This document shows positions 25,117 to 64,000 of a stretch of 64,000 bases of DNA, piece after piece. Every line of letters starts with the position of its first letter. Position 1 is the first letter of the stretch. The DNA is from Macrostomum lignano (Eukaryota): contig NIVC01001591.1 in NCBI GenBank assembly GCA_002269645.1, positions 86,714-150,713 of the forward strand. Reading direction: 5' to 3'. A model generated the notes under the pieces. It did no database searches, was not told the origin of the DNA, and saw only the letters and a list, made by a program, of their open reading frames with translations. Made by a program: the position numbers and the translations under genes.

Positions 25117-25896
25117 AACAAAGTTCTTTCGGTTAAATAGAAAAGACGGAATATCAGTTTTTTACACGTGGAGGTACCCTTGTTTGCCTTTTATACATGC
25201 CTTCCATATTTGGAAATTGCGTTCTATCTTTCGAATTAACTAAGCCAATCATACTTGTGATTGAATTTTTTTGTCTTTTTTCAGCTCATTATTTCTCTTG
25301 TTCCGTGATATCTAAGAGGTACAAATGTAGTTTTCTGTCTGTATTTTATTCAAAATTTTGTTATTCTACTCGTATATCCCAGTTGTGCCTCTTTGGTTAA
25401 ACTGCTGCTATTTAAGCTGAGTTGCTTCAATCATGTGATTTGTTGTGTTCAGTAAGCGTGCCATTAAATCAGATTTATATTGAAATTGAATGAAATTTAG
25501 TTTTATAATTATTTTCTTTTTATTTGCTTCTGCGCCCTTTGTCGCATAGACATCATTTTCTTTACGTTTCTTTACGTTCGACAATATTTCAAGTCGGTCT
25601 CCTTGGTAATCAGAAATATATTGATGAACTTGATCACCACTTCATTAATAAAAACGAATATACAGAGAATAGCAATAAACACTACTGCTGTGAAACTATC
25701 AGTAGTTGAATTAGTAAATTAACGTAAATAAGCAAGAAACAATGTAAGTTTAAATTTAAAGAACGTATTGAATATTTTCTTCAATCTTAGAATCTTTTCT
25801 GTTACTCTTAGTAGGCAAGTTCGGGATATTTCTGCTTTATTTATTCTGGTACTTGCGAGTATTTTTGTTATTTTCCAGGATATAGACTACTTTCGT

Positions 25897-26005
25897 TGTT
25901 AATTGCTCGAGCAGAGCCAAGCCGAGATTCCAATTTGGCCCCAAATTAATGTGACTGCACTTGGAATCGAGCCTGGGCCGCTGGCACATCAGAGCGACGT
26001 CGCGC
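25897..26005 (-). mobile_element. SINE family B, 5' fragment (reverse orientation)
   Basis: Reverse complement reads gcgcgacgtcgctctgatgtgccagcggcccaggctcgattccaagtgcagtcacattaatttggggccaaattggaatctcggcttggctctgctcg, matching the head of the 56617 copy. Confidence 0.75.
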
Positions 26006-26309
26006 TTCAGGGTTACGCGCCCCCCCCCCCCCCCAACTGAAATTTTGACTTTTTTGACATCTCATGTCAAAGATATGTCGCTGGATGCATGCAGTTTTAA
26101 ATGCTTCTGCTAGTAAAAGTTCACATAGCAACGGTCGATGCGATGCAACGTCGTGTCAATTTTCCCCATTTCTGGTTAGCGGTCAATTCACTTCCGGCAT
26201 TTACTTGGAAAATTGTTGCTACATTTTTCTCCATCCTCCCGATCGCTAAATGTTGTCAGAATTCATGCAAAATGATAAATAAGAATATTTTATTAGGAAA
26301 GATGAACGG

Positions 26310-27755
26310 ATGGGAGAGGAGAGGGGAGAGGACAGGTGAGGAGAGAGGAGAGGAGAGGAGAGGAGAGGAGAGGAGGAGGGGAGAGAGGAGGGAGAGAGGA
26401 GAGAGGAGAGGAGAGGAGAGGAGAGGAGGGAGGAGGGAGAGAGGAGAGAGGAGAGGAGAGGAGAGGAGAGGAGAGGAGAGAGGAGAGAAAAAGGGAGGAG
26501 AAGGGAGGAGAGGAGAGAGGAGAAGGGAGGAGAGGAGAGGAGAGGAGAGAGGAGAAGGGAGGAGAGGAGAGGAGAGGAGAGGAGAGAGGAGAAGGGAGGA
26601 GAGGAGAGGAGAGGAGAGAGGAGAGGAGACGAGAGGAGAGGAGGAGGGGACAGAGGAGGGGAGAGAGGAGAGAGGAGAGGAGAGGAGAGGAGAGGAGAGA
26701 GGAGGGGAGAGAGGAGAGAGGAGAGGAGAGGAGAGGAGAGGAGAGGAGAGAAAAAGGGAGGAGAAGGGAGGAGAGGAGAGGAGAGAGGAGAAGGGAGGAG
26801 AGGAGAGGAGAGGAGAGGAGAGAGGAGAAGGGAGGAGAGGAGAGGAGAGGAGAGAGGAGAGGAGACGAGAGGAGAGGAGGAGGGGAGAGAGGAGGGAGAG
26901 AGGAGAGAGGAGAGGAGAGGAGAGGAGAGGAGAGAGGAGGGAGAGAGGAGAGAGGAGAGGAGAGGAGAGGAGAGGAGAGGAGAGAGGAGAGAAAAAGGGA
27001 GGAGAAGGGAGGAGAGGAGAGGAGAGAGGAGAAGGGAGGAGAGGAGAGGAGAGGAGAGGAGAGAGGAGAAGGGAGGAGAGGAGAGGAGAGGAGAGAGGAG
27101 AGGAGAAGGGAGGAGAGGAGAGGAGAGGAGACGAGAGGAGAGGAGAGAGGAGACGAGAGAAGAGAGGAGAGGAGAGGAGAGGAGGGAGGAGGGGAGAGAG
27201 GAGGGGAGAGGAGAGAGGAGAGGAGAGGAGAGAAGAGAGGAGAGAAGAGAGGAGAGGAGAGAGGAGAAGAGAGAGGAGATAGGAGAGGAGAGAGGAGGGG
27301 AGAGAGGAGAGGAGAGAGGAGGGGGAGAGAGGAGAAGAGAGAAGAGAGGAGAGGAGACGAGAGGAGAGGAGAGAGGAGACGAGAGAAGAGAGGAGAGGAG
27401 AGGAGAGGAGGGAGGAGGGGAGAGAGGAGGGGAGAGTAGAGAGGAGAGGAGAGGAGAGAAGAGAGAGAGAAGAGAGGAGAGGAGAGAGGAGAAGAGAGAG
27501 GAGATAGGAGAGGAGAGAGGAGGGGAGAGAGGAGAGGAGAGAGGAGGGGGAGAGAGGAGAAGAGAGAAGAGAGGAGAGAAGAGAGAAGAGGAGAGAAGAG
27601 AGGAGAGGAGGGAGGAGGGGAGAGGAGAGAGGAGAGAGAGGAGAGAAGAGAGAGAGAAGAGAGGAGAAGAGAGAGGAGATAGGAGAGGAGAGAGGAGAGG
27701 AGAGAGGAGGGGGAGAGAGGAGAGAGAGAGAGGAGAGGAGAGAGAGAGGGGAGAG
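26310..27755. repeat. ~1.4-kb homopurine (GGAGA)n-type tract, intergenic
   Basis: Almost exclusively G/A on the + strand. Confidence 0.97.
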
Positions 27756-28246
27756 CGGTTTATTTATTATTGCATGCAACTCCAAAAAGTATATAAAATT
27801 CCTGCCCCAACTTTGTCTGCGCAGCAAAGGACTTCAATTACAATAGCATCGTACGCGATCGTAATCTTTAAAATTGCAACCATAAAATATTGCTGATAGC
27901 ATGAAACTTTTTTGGTGCAGGAAAATTTCGAGTCGATTCCTCTCCAGCTGAAAACTTTCGGCACAAAAAATGAGTTCCTCTGCCTCGTATCCGCCTGTCA
28001 TTCCCAATTTTAAAAAAATGCTTTCCCATCCTCCCTCTGAAAAATCTACTGACAATTACGCAAACTTCCTATGCAATGCCAGGCTTGTTTTCCGGTCGCG
28101 CGGTTTTTAAAAAGCCGCCGCATTTCTCCCAAGCCTACCAGCGTTTGTGGCGAATTCGAGAACTGCAACTCGATCGCTTATCAATTCCACTTGGCGCTTT
28201 AGATAGTGAAAATAATAAACAGATAGATAGAGAATCTAACACCGCT

Positions 28247-64000
<35,754 letters not shown>

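Noticed and set aside
26101-27827. 393-523 aa E/R/G- or S/L/P-rich ORFs
   Set aside because: A purine-only tract cannot encode stops; no domain signal.

Overview
This is eukaryotic (metazoan) genomic DNA with three intron-rich protein-coding genes. I assembled each exon by exon from GT-AG boundaries and reading-phase continuity. (1) A minus-strand SENP1/2 (Ulp1)-type SUMO protease: 10 exons, ~606 aa, complete. (2) Head-to-head with it, a plus-strand long-tailed class I myosin (Myo1e/f type; motor-IQ-TH1-TH2-SH3): 14 exons, ~1128 aa, with one apparent 1-nt deficit before the last exon. (3) A very large plus-strand TRPM channel that starts at 28247 and runs off the window end: at least 31 exons and over 2100 aa. 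The channel has MHR1-4, S1-S6, a TRP helix and a C-terminal NUDT9-homology domain. It carries the residue pattern of the flatworm praziquantel-target clade (TRPM-PZQ: S1 N-T-x-x-Y, S4 R-x-x-Y, TRP-helix E-Y, FGD pore). Unusually for a TRPM, its open frame appears to begin with about three canonical ankyrin repeats. The PZQ-type TRPM, GC-rich third codon positions and extreme tandem-repeat load suggest a free-living flatworm such as Macrostomum; this is inference. Almost every long intron is filled with its own minisatellite, many sharing a sense-strand AATCG core, and two tRNA-headed SINE families are dispersed through the window. Most entries in the supplied ORF track are artefacts of these repeats. 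No rRNA, bona fide tRNA or CRISPR array was seen.
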